Below are positions 63,885-64,000 of a stretch of DNA of 64,000 nt, in pieces; the stretch's first letter is position 1; every line of letters starts with the position of its first letter. The notes beneath the pieces are model-generated. The model was given only the letters and a program-made list of their open reading frames with translations, had not been told where the DNA came from and searched no databases. The DNA is from Escherichia coli (GTDB lineage Bacteria > Pseudomonadota > Gammaproteobacteria > Enterobacterales > Enterobacteriaceae). Made by a program: the position numbers and the translations under genes. The stretch lies in NCBI RefSeq assembly GCF_024502345.1, contig NZ_JALDNN010000001.1; one strand, given 5' to 3'.

Positions 63885-64000
63885 ATTGTTCAGCGACAGG
63901 TCAGCGCAGATGATTTCATGTGTTTTACTGTCAACGGCGAGATGCAGCTTACGCCAGATACGGCGGCGTTCCTGGCCATGCTTTTTGACTTTCCACTCGC

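Larger units (their letters stand above)
52221..64000. mobile_element. Genomic island inserted at the 3' end of tRNA-Phe (partial; distal boundary beyond the window)
   Basis: Non-core, visibly AT-rich DNA starting right after the tRNA; two tyrosine recombinases, a replication-like P-loop protein, an IS transposase fragment and a SIR2/HerA operon; the cad genes I expect next to pheU are absent. Confidence 0.8.

Overview
This window is an Escherichia coli-type chromosomal segment, reverse-complemented relative to the familiar K-12 gene order. Gene calls rest on my recognition of protein N-termini and lengths in the supplied six-frame translations plus motifs read directly from the DNA; no database search or computation was run. 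Positions 1-52220 are conserved core: aidB (5' part), yjfCMLKJI, rlmB, rnr, nsrR, purA, yjeT, hflCKX-hfq-miaA-mutL-amiB-tsaE-nnr, queG, three tandem tRNA-Gly(GCC), orn, rsgA, psd, mscM, yjeM, epmA, frdABCD, ampC, blc, gdx, ecnBA, efp, epmB, yjeJ, yjeI, groES-groEL, yjeH, fxsA, aspA, dcuA, cutA, dsbD, yjdC and tRNA-Phe(GAA). AmpC carries several substitutions relative to my recollection of the K-12 protein, so the strain is not K-12. Immediately after the 3' end of tRNA-Phe (52221 to the window end) lies an AT-rich horizontally acquired island whose right boundary is outside the window. Its most interesting cargo is a translationally coupled two-gene operon encoding a SIR2-like protein and a HerA-like P-loop ATPase, which I read as a candidate NAD-depleting anti-phage defence system of the SIR2-HerA class. 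The island also carries a convergent uncharacterised gene with a possible PD-(D/E)xK nuclease motif, two tyrosine recombinases, a P-loop replication-like protein and a truncated IS5-family transposase.
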